From NCBI GenBank assembly GCA_030167865.1, contig JALAGF010002670.1, positions 1 to 63,696 of the forward strand: a stretch of 63,696 nt of DNA, read 5' to 3'. The stretch comes from Craspedostauros australis (Eukaryota). The translations under genes were made by a program, and so were the position numbers. Of this stretch, positions 1 to 12,245 are shown one piece after another; within the stretch, counting starts at the first letter, position 1; each line of letters begins with the position of its first letter. The notes beneath the pieces were generated by a model that worked only from the letters and a program-made list of their open reading frames with translations, did no database searches and had not been told where the DNA came from.

Positions 1-384
1 TCCCCTTTTGACCTGCCAAAGTCCGACACTGGAAGGCAAAGCCGGACACAACCGGACTTCATTTGCCCTCTATTCTCGCTGGTTGTTACGGTTGTCGCGT
101 TGTTATTGGAGGATCTTTTGGATCTGTCGTGTCCCTCTCTCTTCGCCAAACATTACTGCACAGCAGACGTCTTTTCTGGCGACAACCATTCTTGCAACTG
201 ACAAGAGAGCAACCCAACGAATAACAGCGATCTGTCATACCAATAGTCATAGAGTAGGTCGTATAATACTATTACGGGATAGTATCATCTCTCTTCCGGC
301 ACTCTCTCTCTCTCTCGCTTGACCAAGCACAGACAGCAAGCAGACAGCATCGGCGTCGACGCCGACTTGCACGTCAACAAAGAG

Positions 385-2644
385 ATGGAGAGTCCTTGCC
401 ACAGACTTTCTCATCTTCAACTGAAACTACATTCACATCAATGTTCACATCCACGGTCACATCTTCATCCTCGCCACATTAGAACAAGAACGAACAAGTG
501 CACAAGTGCTTCTTGTCGTTGCAGTCCTCTTGGTCATCATCATCGAGATCATCATGACCGCCATGCCCATTATGCCCATCATGATCGTTGCCGGCCCTGT
601 TCCAACCGCAGGAACAGCACCAATCGCAAGATCAGACGGATTGCCATCCTTGTGTTGGTGACATGGTGTTCAGCGCAGCAGCAATCCGTGGATGGATTCG
701 TTCACCGACCCACGAGTGCTACTTGCCTCCACGATTTGAGTGGCGTCGCAGCGCCATGCCAACATCAGGTGCGACAGACGTTCCGGCATCGGCAGCAGCG
801 GGGGCGGAATCATCATCATGGACACGTAGGAGCCAATAGCCGATGCAGTTCCATTCGTGCTCCCGTTCGTGGTCGGCCCGACTTCCGGCAGCCGTCGTCT
901 TCCACCAGGATACTGGCCGAGAGTAGTCAGTCTTCGTCATCAGATGGCAGCTTCGACGGCAGCTGCGACACCGGCAACGCAGATGGCGGCGATGGACGCG
1001 CCAATAGAGGTGCAAGCAATGATGCGCTGAATGAGGTGTCGCAGATCCAATGGTCGCGGCAGGTTCGAAATCTGGCCTTGCCTGCCTTGATCGGCATGAT
1101 GGCCGACCCGTTGCTCAGTCTGATGGATACCGCGTACGTTGGGAGGTTGGGGATCGTGCAACTGGCGGCGCTAGGCCCGTGCACGTCCATCTTCCACCTC
1201 ACCTTCAACGCCTTCCGAGCCACGACCGCCGCGACGACCTCCTTGGTGGGATCCGCGGCCAGCGATGACGAACGACAGCAGATCGTGAAGATCTCCCTGG
1301 GATTCGGCATCACGCTCGGGCTCTCTCTGCTCCTCCTCCTCAACGCGCTGGGACCATGGTGCTTGGCCGCCATGGGAGTGCCCAAGGAATCCGTGCTCTT
1401 CCGACCAGCCCTGGCCTATCTCAGCACGCGCATGTTCGCTGCTCCGGCGGTGCTGTCGATCGTCGTGTCGGAAGGCGCATTCCGTGGCTACGGCAACACG
1501 CGCATCCCGCTTGCGGCCAGCGCCGTCGCGGCCTTCCTCAATCTCGTGCTGGACCCCCTCCTCATGTTTACGTTCGGACTTGGCGTGCGTGGCGCCGCCG
1601 CGGCGACGGCCCTTTCGCAGCTCGGAGCGGCGCTCGTGTATCTGTACTTTCTGCGCAGACGCAAGATGTTGCCAAAACGCGATGCCAAGTCGACGGTCAA
1701 CAGGCCGCGGATTCTGCGATCCATCATCGGGGCGAACCTCGCGATGATCTGCAAGCAAGGCAGCCTGCTGCTCGGGGTAAGCGTCTTTGTATGCATGGAT
1801 TGAAAGACACGCCGTGGTTGTACTAGTATTGGGTCAGCACCAGCAACTATACTGCGATGCGTCGCTGCTGCATTTGTGAAGCATTGACTAACAGACCCTT
1901 CCGTCTAACATTCCATCAACCATGCCATCACCAATCGGAATGATCTTCATCCCATCCCTTCATGCACTGACACACGCCTGTACTGCATTCTACTCTCCTC
2001 TCCTCTAATCCACTCTCCTCAAATAATATAATACTTTGTCGCCACAGTGGGCATACGCCACAGCCCGAGCAACCCGCATCGGACAGTCACATGTTGCTGC
2101 GCACCAAGTCGCGCTTTCATGTTGGCTGGTGTGCGCTCTTTTGTTGGACGGTTCGGCCGTCGCAGGACAGGTCCTCATGAGCCAATCCAAAAACAACCTG
2201 CGCAGGATGCGATCCTTGGCCTCCTACATGGCGCGATACGCTGTCGTGCAAGGTTTGATGACGACCTCCCTCCTCCTGAGCCTCTCATCCGTCCTGCCAA
2301 AGCTTTTCACAACCGACCTCGCCATCCGTGCCAATCTCGTCGCTCTCATGCCGCATCTGGCTTGGCAGCAGCTGCTTGTCAGCATCACGCTGGTCGCCGA
2401 ATCGCTGGCCGTTGGTGGCAAGCAATTTCGGTTGCTGGCAGCAGGTACCACCGTCGCCACCATCCTGTCGGCATATCAGATCCGATCTGCCACCACCATC
2501 GTCGGGATCTGGGCCAGGGGCATCAACACGCTATTTGCTGGACGCTGCATCACTGCCATCATCGGGACCATGCTATCCTTGAGGCACAGGAAGGACTCGG
2601 CACATCAGCACCAAGATCCGCAAATGAACAACAAAGAAGCGTAG
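385..2644 (+). CDS. MATE (DinF-like) efflux transporter, 2 exons (385-1776, 2048-2644), ~662 aa; possibly plastid-targeted
   Basis: Motifs LALPALIGMMADPLLSLMDTAYVGRLG, GAFRGYGNTRIP, LNLVLDPLLMF..GLGVRGAAAAT and VAAHQV are typical of DinF-type MATEs. A phase-0 GTAAGC...CACAG intron (1777-2047) joins GSLLLG to WAYATA. The start is the first in-frame ATG and is uncertain. Confidence 0.9.
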
Positions 2645-3280
2645 AGTTGATTTGAGCGGAATGGAGTTTGGAATGGGCGGTGATTCAGGTGTGGTACCTG
2701 ATTCAGCATGGTCAAGCATTCCAAACGAGCCTGTATGCATGACATTCCTGCGTATTAATAGTCATTGGAATGTTGGCCTTCTTGCGATTCAACAATCTCG
2801 GATCAGGGTGCGGGCAGAGTAGCTACCTACCGCGTACGGTATCATACTCTGTGCGCTTGCGTGGGCAATTCAGTTCGATGTAGCATTTCATCCCAGTCTA
2901 CTTGAATCTAACTCCAATTAGATTTCTTGACGCGACAAGGCCAGACTCTTCCATGCATCAACGCCATGACGTCATGCGGTTCTGCGGAAATGTTCGCGTT
3001 GGCCTCTGATGTCACAACAACAACACACAAGAGACAAAGGGAGGAGGACGGAAGGAAACAACCGCCACAATCAACAACACCACCAACACCAACAACACCT
3101 CCACACTGCCGACCACACATCTCTTCTTGTGAACCTCTCCCTACGATAGAGTACTCTGCTCTGCTACACTTCATTGCGCATTGAATTCCAACTCACCGAC
3201 TGTGCAGTGACAAAGAATACATCCACAAGAGAAGACTGACGCTGCACGCAACCCAAGCCAACTCCCCGAGCTTGCTGGCC

Positions 3281-3604
3281 ATGCCTCCGAGAGTCTGGAT
3301 CCCAAACCAGAGGGTGACGAACTACGCCTCCCACAGCGCCGAAGCCCGCAGCCTGTACCGCGAGATCCTGCGCACGGCGAAGCACTTTCATTGGTGCGAC
3401 GAGAATGGCCAGCCATGGAACATCCGGCTCAAGCAGCAAGCACGTCAGGAGTTTGAGAGCGCCAAGGAGGAGAGAGATCCGCTGATCCTGGCGCGGTTGC
3501 TGGTGACGGGCCGCGATTGCGTGCAGCAGGTGCAGCAGAAATTCAACCAGGCCGACCGAGCCGCATGGAGTCGTATCACCAACGATTCTGGAGTCAGGCG
3601 ATAA
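3281..3604 (+). CDS. LYR-motif (Complex1_LYR-like) small protein, 107 aa
   Basis: SLYREILRTAKHF...ARQEFESAKEERDP matches the LYR...R..F pattern; ATG at 3281. Confidence 0.8.
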   Translation: MPPRVWIPNQRVTNYASHSAEARSLYREILRTAKHFHWCDENGQPWNIRLKQQARQEFESAKEERDPLILARLLVTGRDCVQQVQQKFNQADRAAWSRITNDSGVRR

Positions 3605-5399
3605 TGGACGTGCTCCTTCGATGGAGCCGATGTTGTCGCAGTGATCGGCTTCGATCGACAATGAAGCTCACCCAACAAATGCGGTTGTGATGCACACATC
3701 CAATTCGTCAAGCAAGAGACAGCACATGCACGCATGGCGTGGAATACGGAGAGAAGACATTCTCTCTCTCTCGTATTTGTGGGAATGATGGCTGCCTCAT
3801 TCATCAGGCGCGATGTTACACACTGTGCATTTCACGAGCATTCGTGACAGTTACGAACTGAGATTCTCGGGATTGCCACAATGCGATCGCATCATCCAAT
3901 TGAGGCATCGTCCGGAGCGTTATTAGCTGCACTCGATGGTGCGAGGACACATATTGCCCACTCAAGAAGAGATGTATGGTGCACTTTCGTGGGTGTGCAC
4001 AATGCATACACTCCGAGTGCATGCGCTTTGCTCCACATTCACTGCACAAATGCCAGCAGAGATGAAACTGAGGGAACGCATGTACCGAGGACAACACGAA
4101 TCTTGTGGAGAAGACCATTTGGCACGATTTCCTGAAGCAGATGGCAGGGGTGGACACAAACGGCCACCCCATGGTATACACCCATTCACGGCAAAGAGCA
4201 TCCATCGACAGATCGATGCATGGCCTGTTGTCGAATCCACAAGGACATCGTGTGGGGTACGACTAGAAATCGAAAAAGATTCACATGGTCCAATCATTGT
4301 TGTTGTTGTACCACATAGACTACATTCCTCCATCCTTTTCTTCGTCCACCATCTCTATTCTGCTCGTCTGAATCCCTGAGTCTTCTGTGCGAGTACGTAC
4401 AATACGGTGGATGCTTCCATGTTCTGCCAAAGATGGAAAGCTATCGAATCGTCTCCATCTGCCTGCGGCCAACGATTGCTCTGCACCATCTCAAACACGC
4501 AAACTCGATTTCGTTCTTCTGGCACCAACCGGGACTTCATCCAGCGCGCAATACCGTGATTCAATATTGACGTTATATCTACGTTATTATTGGAAGCCTG
4601 AATCGGAATTCGAACGATAGAATCGGAACTGTCGTGTATAACGGTCGCGTACGTATCCGTTAAGAGCGAAGAGGACACGTCAACCCCAAACGAGATGAGT
4701 CAGCCGTGTGACATCGTGTTGTCACAAACGACAGCGACCAAAAATGCAGTGTGTTCTTTTGTGTTTTGCGCGCAGAACTGTGGACTGGACTGTGTGAGGC
4801 TTGTTCCTTCTGTCCCTCCACATGATGCCATGTCAGGTTCCGCCCCTCGTCGTCGTCTCCGCTGTTTCCTTCCTCTTCGTCTTCTTCTTTGTCAAACCGA
4901 GCAGATCGAACATGATGCGAGAAGAACCCTCGCATCAGCGACGTCGGGCAGTTCCGCCGTGTTTGGACAGATCGTGTCAGGAAGTGGGTGTTTGCATCGC
5001 TGATGGGTGTTCTGTGTATCTGTCGAGGTTGGTTCGCAAGTCGGTTGGGAGAGACAATCAGACAGATAATAGGAACTACTACCACCGCCATTATCATCAC
5101 CATCATCACCAGCTCTCTCTTTCTGTTGTTGTGAGATCATAAAATCCCAAAATCCTTCTTTGTTGGATTGACACACAAATCCATACCGTATTCAACAGGC
5201 ATCCATCCATCCATTCATTCATCACATCTGACTCCACAGTTCTTCACCAAGAAAAGCACAGAGCAAAGAACGATCAAGCATCACACCTGACAGCTGCTGT
5301 CAGACACCACATCCCAGAGACAACCACCCTCTCGCTCTCTCTCTCTCTCTCTCTGGCGATACATACCAATCCGAGCACAGCAAAAAGACAGAAAGCAGC

Positions 5400-7112
5400 A
5401 TGTCCACAGCAAACTTTGGCAACCAGTCCGCGACGATGACAAGATCGCACCGTCGCATGCTGCAATCGTCCACGGCTTCTCCAGCACGGTATGAATACCA
5501 ACCCCCGTCATGGCTGCTCAGATACGTGACCAAGGATCCCACCTACTTCCTCAACTGCGCCGCCGGTGGGATTATATCCGCGGGTGTCATGCACACCTTC
5601 GTGACGCCGCTCGATGTGATCAAATGCTCCATGCAGGCCAACCCGCAAAAGTACAGCTCCATCCGCAACACCTTTCAAACGATCTTGAAAGAGGAGGGAT
5701 CCATGGGGTTATGGAAGGGCTGGGGACCCACCCTGACGGCGTATTCATCGCAGGGTGCCATCAAATTCGCCGGTTACGAGCTCTTCAAGGATATCGCATC
5801 AAACGCCATGTCGGAGGAGGATGCCTACAAGTACCGCAACCTCATTTACGTTTCGTCCGGTGCTGCCGCGGAGCTGCTTGCGGATGTATTCATGTGTCCG
5901 TGGGAGATGGTAAGTTGTGTTTGTGAGAATGCGCGCTGTACTCCACAGAATTGCGACATGAGAATCAGGGACGAAGCGCGGAATTCTCAAATCCCTGTTC
6001 TCACCAGCCAATTCCATCATCTTTTCTTCGTTGCTCATCTTGGAACTTCGCTCTTCCATCGTCTGCCTCGACTCCCTCTGCCGATACACTGCGACGCATC
6101 CGCTGCTGCTGCGATCAATCTCACCAAAAAACGCTCTGACTTGCGTTTCGTTCCATGCAGGTGAAAGTCAAGGTGCAGACCAGTCCACAGGGGACCTTTC
6201 CTCTGCGGTTTGGCCCAGCCCTGCAGGAAATGTACATGAATCGGGCCGAGACAAGATTCCCATTCGGATCGTTGCAGGCCTTGTGGGGAAGACAGATTCC
6301 CTTCGCGGTAAGTTGAGTCTATGGATCTGTGCTTGTGGTGTCGCGATGTTGCGGCGTCTTGGTCTGGTGTGATTGTCGAGTGTTGTCATCCGTCCCTTTT
6401 CCACAGATGTTTGCACACTTGCACGCATCGACCATCGAGGCTGATCCTTGCCCACTCCGTCCCTCGCCCGCTGTGACCTCCACTCGCTGCACGTTATATG
6501 GATTCACACCGCAATGCACAACTGATGCAACACAGATGGCCAAGTTCGGACTGTTCGAAGCCTGCGTCGAAGGATTTTACACCAACATACTGACGGAGCC
6601 CAAAGATACGTACGGCAAGCCCACGCAGCTTGCCGTCACGTTCTGTTCGGGTTATGTGACTGGGATCGTGTGCGGCGTCATCTCCCACCCGGCGGACACC
6701 ATGGTGAGCCTCATGGGCAAGTCAGAGCACAAGGGCAAGACGATGATGCAGATCGCGCAAGAGGTTGGATACATAAATCTGCTGACCAACGGATTGGGTT
6801 CGCGCTTGCTTATGGTCGGAACGTTGACCGGCCTTCAGTGGTGGGCATACGACACCTTCAAGGTAAGCGTCATTTGCTGTTTGCAATTCTTCGCATCTGT
6901 CTCTGTCTGTCTGTCTCTTTTGCATTATCTTGCGTACCTTCCACACTCACGCGTCTCGTGCCTCCGAACGCTGCCGACCCAATCTCCCCGTTGCATCCTC
7001 CCTCGACCGCTCCATTCAATTCTGCGCATGTCCACAGACTACAATGGGAATGGGCACGACCGGTGGAGTAAGCATCGGAAAGCAGCATGCTCATCATGCG
7101 ACATCGCATTGA
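5400..7112 (+). CDS. Mitochondrial phosphate carrier (SLC25A3/Mir1/Pic2 family), 4 exons (5400-5909, 6161-6307, 6536-6862, 7038-7112), ~352 aa
   Basis: Carrier motifs PLDVIK, PWEMVK and PADTMV, plus phosphate-carrier signatures YSSQGAIKFAGYE, LWGRQIP and MVGTLTGLQWWAYDTFK. Three phase-0 GTAAG...CAG introns keep the frame. Confidence 0.93.
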
Positions 7113-8389
7113 TGGAGATCGAATGCGCTTCCGTCCATCGCATACCCGTGAAGGCTATGCGATCCTCCCACCACCGTCCTCGTTGCTGACAATCGCAGCG
7201 ACAGTGGCTTCTCCTTGCACATGCCCATGGATGGCTTGGCACAATCAGCTGACATCGTCGACCAGAAAGGAATGTCGGATTGTGCCCACCGCGCATCTAC
7301 GCCTCTGCACATTTGCACATTGTTGTTTATACTGAAATCATGCAATAGGCACCATGCCTTGGTGTAGCATGACATAGAGTGCCTATTCATACCCACTCTC
7401 CGACGAGTACGTGCGCACAAAGGAGTGCTCCTGTGCTTGGCCTCCTCCCACCAAGAGGCCGACACTCACTCCACCGCAGCAGTGGAGGAATGGACCAGAA
7501 GCCATCATCGCTTCGCGCCGTTTCTGGTTCCGCGCAAATCTTGCATTTTAACGATAGACGTTAGTCCACATGGAAAAAATGATATTTGGTGCTCGTGATC
7601 ATCGTGATGTTAGCCAATCATTGCGAGATGTGACACACATTGTTGGCATGTCGCCATAAATAAATTTCGATTCGTGATAAACGAAGAGATTTGTTAGCGG
7701 TATTGGTGTCAACGTTCTTCGTTTGGGCACAAACCTCACACTGGTACCAGTTTTGCAACAACACACAGAAGCCCTTCGCTGCGCGAACGACACGAAGCAA
7801 ATTCCAGCCACGATCCAAACCAGGCGCAGATTTGAGGCTCCGAGACGATCCCACATGGGATGTTTCCTCTTCGTGACCGAGTGCGCGTTGGGATGTGAAC
7901 AATGCCATTCTCGCCTGTCATAGCTCGCGCTCTCTCTGGAGCAAGCCATTGGACACATAAAGCAAGACCGGTTGGTTCTCGTCTGCGGTTGGTGCAGTTC
8001 TTGCCAACTCAACAACAGCAAGTGCCTCCTCTCACTGAATTCGCCGGCTGAGATAGAGCGCCGCTCATAGTCGTACGAGTACCACCCTTGGCAATCAAGC
8101 CAATCGGGCGAAAACCGAAGCTCCTTGGACTCTCGGGACGGTCTCAGCGCAGTCATCTTCCATCACCAGGATCATCCACTTCCCCCTTTTCACTTCCGAA
8201 AAGTCCTTCACACAGGAGAGACGCAACAACAACTTGTCCTCTTCATGGCATTACTCGTCTAGAGGAGACCACGGGCAGAGTGCTTGGATACCGTCCGATC
8301 CTCCAATCAAGAAGGCAGCAGGTACCAACGCCGGGTGGAGTGCAATTGGCTTCCCTTGGAGTGTGTTGGACTGAAGACAGTTAACTTGA

Positions 8390-11122
8390 ATGGGATTCGA
8401 GAACAGCCATCAGGGGCACGGTTCTGTCAAGATGGCGACGCGCGAGCAGTATGATTATCATGGCGCGAGGGGCCACGCTGGAAGCAACATGGACATGGAC
8501 ATGTACAATGGGAAGGTGCAATACGACAATGCCGACTCATGGGACGATGCCGAATCGCACTCCAACCAACGGTATCCCCAGCCGAGCAACATGCAAACGT
8601 CCATGGGAGATGCGGGTCTCACGGCGGAGGAACAGCTGCTGCCGATCCATCGTATGGCATCATCATCCTTCGATTCTGTCAGCGTCGATCCATCGACGAC
8701 CTCCAGCGCACGAGAATCCTGGACCTGCCAGAGATGTTCCTACACCAACGTGGACAAGTACAGCGCCAAATGTGCCTTGTGCGGATCCACCGACGAGGAG
8801 TACGTGGTCAAGGAAACGAAGAAGATGGCGCGACGGTCGGAACCCTCCAATCCATTGTCGCCGTCTCCATTGCCAGCCTTGTCCCAGTCGCAGTCGCCGC
8901 ATCGTGCCAAACGAAGAGTGTCACCTGCAGCTGTCAAGGCGAACATGTCATCCAACGGGATGGAACGCATGGAGCAGCCATCGCCATTGGTGAAGGCATC
9001 TCCCCAGCATCAATATCAGCAACATCAGCAGCAGCAACAGCAACATCAGCACCCGGGTCCACATAACCAACGCAACCAGCAGCAACGGCAGCAGCAGCAG
9101 CTCCATGTCAGGAATAAAAATGCTGCGCCAATGTTAAACCCAGCGAGCAACGGTCGCAATGACATGCCGATGCGTTCAGGAACCATGGATGGATTGAATG
9201 GGCTCAAGCAACCAGCAACAAGCAGCAGAGCGCGAACGCCAACACGACGTCGCGTTATGGAAGATGCAGGTGACATGCCACCACCGGCACGCTCATCGGC
9301 CATTTCTGCGATTCCGGAGGACGAGGAAGTTCAGGAGATGCTGCCAGAAAACGGAGGCAAACGAGCATCGCGCACACGCGACAGCATGAATCGCAACCAC
9401 AGCGCCGGACTGGCGCCGCTCGCGGTGCGTCGCATTGCCAGCACGAGCGAGATGTCGCAAGATACCAGCTATCACAGCGCCGCGGGAAACAGCGTCGCCA
9501 CCGAGAAAGCCTCCAATCAAGAATCCGTCACCTACATGCGCTCCTACAAGCGCAAGTACAGAGGCAAACGACCGCAGATCAATACCGCTGCGAATGCCAA
9601 AGATCCTCCACCCACCATCTCAGCAGCAGCGGCAGCAGAAAGTGCCAAACCGAGCCCCGCAAAACAGGTCACGAATCAATCCATCCGGTCACAAAACATG
9701 TCTAGCGGCAGTTTGAGCATTGGGACTCTCAGCACGGAGACATTCGACGATGCGATTTCCACGAAACCGCTTTCATCTCGATCGTACCAATTCGGTGAGT
9801 ACGGCAAGGATGATGCGACGTCGTACCCTGATCCATACGAAGTCCAAGCTTCAAATCGGAAAAGCGCTCAGAACCTATCACCGTCATCGCAACCTCGTCA
9901 ACAAAAGCAGCAGCAGCAGCAACGACAGAAACAAGGACAGAAACAACGGATCGATGAGTACCAAATGCAGATTGCGCAGCCACCCAATTTGCCCAATGTC
10001 CATCAGCGGCAGCAACATCAGCAAGCGAATCCCCAGCACCCGCTCCCTCCCATGCACGGCAAGCAACCGTCGCAGCTTTCGGTGCAGTCCGTCCCTCATG
10101 ACGGTAGACCCCGAGTCGATTCATTTGTCAGCCAGATCAGTTCGTCAAGCACCGGCACCGACTCCAACATTGAAACGGATGATGTGATGGTCACGCGCCG
10201 CCCCTCCACCAATCGAAAGGCAGCGAAGGTTCTCAGCCAGTCCAACCTCCAATCACAGCCATTGGCGCAACCGCCACATCCGTATCACCACACTACGCAG
10301 CCGCAACCGTATCATTCGCAACAGCATCAACAAGGACAAGACACGGAGCATTCGCTTACCATGCCTGCGGCATATGGGCAGCAGGAACAGCACGTGACGA
10401 CACTCTACGCAGAACCGACGGGTATTGAAATGCAGACCATTCCAAAGGATCCGCCCATGTCGCCAGCACCATCGGTATCCTCCAGGAGCAGCAGGCGGAG
10501 CTCCAAATCACAGCAGAAACGAAAGAAGACCAAGAAGAAGAAAAAGCGAAGATCCAGCAGCGAGGCGTCATCGCAAACAGATGGGAGACAGGCGGCCAAT
10601 TCGGCGAATCAGCAACAGCAGCACCTGCAGGATGACGATGAACAGTCAGCACAAGCGCGGCCACAACGGATGATGTCGCAAGTCAGCGCGAGCAGTCAAT
10701 TGTCACCGCAAAGACCAAGCAGCGCCGCTCGGCAGCAAGGAATGCATTCCATGGCAAGGCCTCCATCACTGCAAAAATCGAATTCCAAAAGCCATCACAG
10801 CGTCTCCACGGCGACCGTTGCAACATCGACATTGGACATGGAAACCATGGAGTTTGGTTACAGCGGCAACCATCGTCTCGGCGGCGCCGCGAACACAACT
10901 TTGCCACCGGCGACCGCAGGACGCACGAACCTGAGCAACCCAAACCGCAATGCAGGCGGAAACAACAACGGCAATGGAAGCGACAACGACAACGGCTTCC
11001 TCAAGAACAGCTTGCTGTGCCAGCTCGTCCAATCCAGGCCGTGTTATTTCTGGGTGGTGGTCATCGGCTTGATGATTGCGTTTGGGATCGGTGCTGCCAT
11101 CGTCCTGATCGTTTCCAAGTGA
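8390..11122 (+). CDS. Gln/Ser-rich disordered protein with RanBP2/NZF-like zinc finger and C-terminal transmembrane anchor, 910 aa
   Basis: Long ORF with WTCQRCSYTNVDKYSAKCALC at 8720-8782 and poly-Q tracts; it ends in hydrophobic YFWVVVIGLMIAFGIGAAIVLIVSK*. Confidence 0.8.
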   Translation: MGFENSHQGHGSVKMATREQYDYHGARGHAGSNMDMDMYNGKVQYDNADSWDDAESHSNQRYPQPSNMQTSMGDAGLTAEEQLLPIHRMASSSFDSVSVDPSTTSSARESWTCQRCSYTNVDKYSAKCALCGSTDEEYVVKETKKMARRSEPSNPLSPSPLPALSQSQSPHRAKRRVSPAAVKANMSSNGMERMEQPSPLVKASPQHQYQQHQQQQQQHQHPGPHNQRNQQQRQQQQLHVRNKNAAPMLNPASNGRNDMPMRSGTMDGLNGLKQPATSSRARTPTRRRVMEDAGDMPPPARSSAISAIPEDEEVQEMLPENGGKRASRTRDSMNRNHSAGLAPLAVRRIASTSEMSQDTSYHSAAGNSVATEKASNQESVTYMRSYKRKYRGKRPQINTAANAKDPPPTISAAAAAESAKPSPAKQVTNQSIRSQNMSSGSLSIGTLSTETFDDAISTKPLSSRSYQFGEYGKDDATSYPDPYEVQASNRKSAQNLSPSSQPRQQKQQQQQRQKQGQKQRIDEYQMQIAQPPNLPNVHQRQQHQQANPQHPLPPMHGKQPSQLSVQSVPHDGRPRVDSFVSQISSSSTGTDSNIETDDVMVTRRPSTNRKAAKVLSQSNLQSQPLAQPPHPYHHTTQPQPYHSQQHQQGQDTEHSLTMPAAYGQQEQHVTTLYAEPTGIEMQTIPKDPPMSPAPSVSSRSSRRSSKSQQKRKKTKKKKKRRSSSEASSQTDGRQAANSANQQQQHLQDDDEQSAQARPQRMMSQVSASSQLSPQRPSSAARQQGMHSMARPPSLQKSNSKSHHSVSTATVATSTLDMETMEFGYSGNHRLGGAANTTLPPATAGRTNLSNPNRNAGGNNNGNGSDNDNGFLKNSLLCQLVQSRPCYFWVVVIGLMIAFGIGAAIVLIVSK

Positions 11123-12245
11123 AGACGGAAGAGGAGGAGACGACGATGTGGTCCAGAGACTTGCGGCTCGATCACGAGTATTCCACAGTGTCCGCGCATG
11201 ATGTCAAAGTTCCATCATGCACTCATACCTGTAGCTCGTGCTTGTGTGCAAGTGTAGTATCTTACCCGTAGCTCGTATCGTACGACTAAAGCCAAATGTC
11301 ATGGATGGTGGAGGATCCACCTCCGCAGATCAGTCAGGAAGGGTGCCCATCATCTCTTGTCATCGCGGCCACAAAATACGTAGAGCGCGAAACAGTTCCT
11401 GTCCCAACCACACCCGGATTTCTCCAAGAATCCGTTGAAGGAATCGTGATGCCTCCACCTTTCCATTGATGTTTTTCAAAAGTCCCACCAACCCGTTCGC
11501 CGCGCTCGTTTGGGTCCCACCAACGTTTTCTCGTTGGTCGAGTTTTGATACAATCATTTATGGAACGACAGTCACACAATGGAAGCAATAATTATCCGTT
11601 GTCCCGATGAATGGTCATTCACGATTTGCGATCAGCCACGATCCAAATGGACGGGTGTGACAATCGCACTTGTTCCCGCGCAGAACTGGATGGGCAGAAT
11701 GGTCGTGTCACATCAAGCGAAGGAACACGAGATGGAACCACACAGAGAGGTACAAGAAAGTCAAGGGGAGGAGGTATCGCACTTGCAGGTCGCCGCCGCT
11801 TACCGAACAGATAGATCGTTCGACGATGTCGTCGATGGCACAAGAGACAGCGGAAGGCAGACAACGAGAACGAGATCATCCCACTCGATCAAGCTCGACA
11901 TAGCCGGTGGCAGCAACATCGAACAGGCCAGGAGCATCAGAGGACCTCGATCTCTTCTCTTGGAAGCCACTTCGCCCCACCTCATTATCTTGGATCGCAT
12001 TTCATCGCCCTACTCTACTCTGCCATACTATACTACTATTGTATCATATTATTATAGAATAAAATATATTCTGATAGTACACACATACTCTGAGTACGAT
12101 CTATTCATACTCTGCGTCCCAGTGAGCCAAAGGTCGTACTCCGAGCAGGTGCCATAGAGGTATCTAGTCGTCACTTTGCGCTACTCTGCCAAACTCTACC
12201 AAACTCTACCAACACCATACCATACTCTGTTGCACAGTCCCAAAC

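Noticed and set aside
7599-8156. 185-aa minus-strand ORF (also 4355-4678 minus, 11579-12157 plus and ORFs in 58000-60180 and 61900-63600)
   Set aside because: No recognisable domains or coding-like codon bias; consistent with chance ORFs in GC-balanced intergenic DNA.
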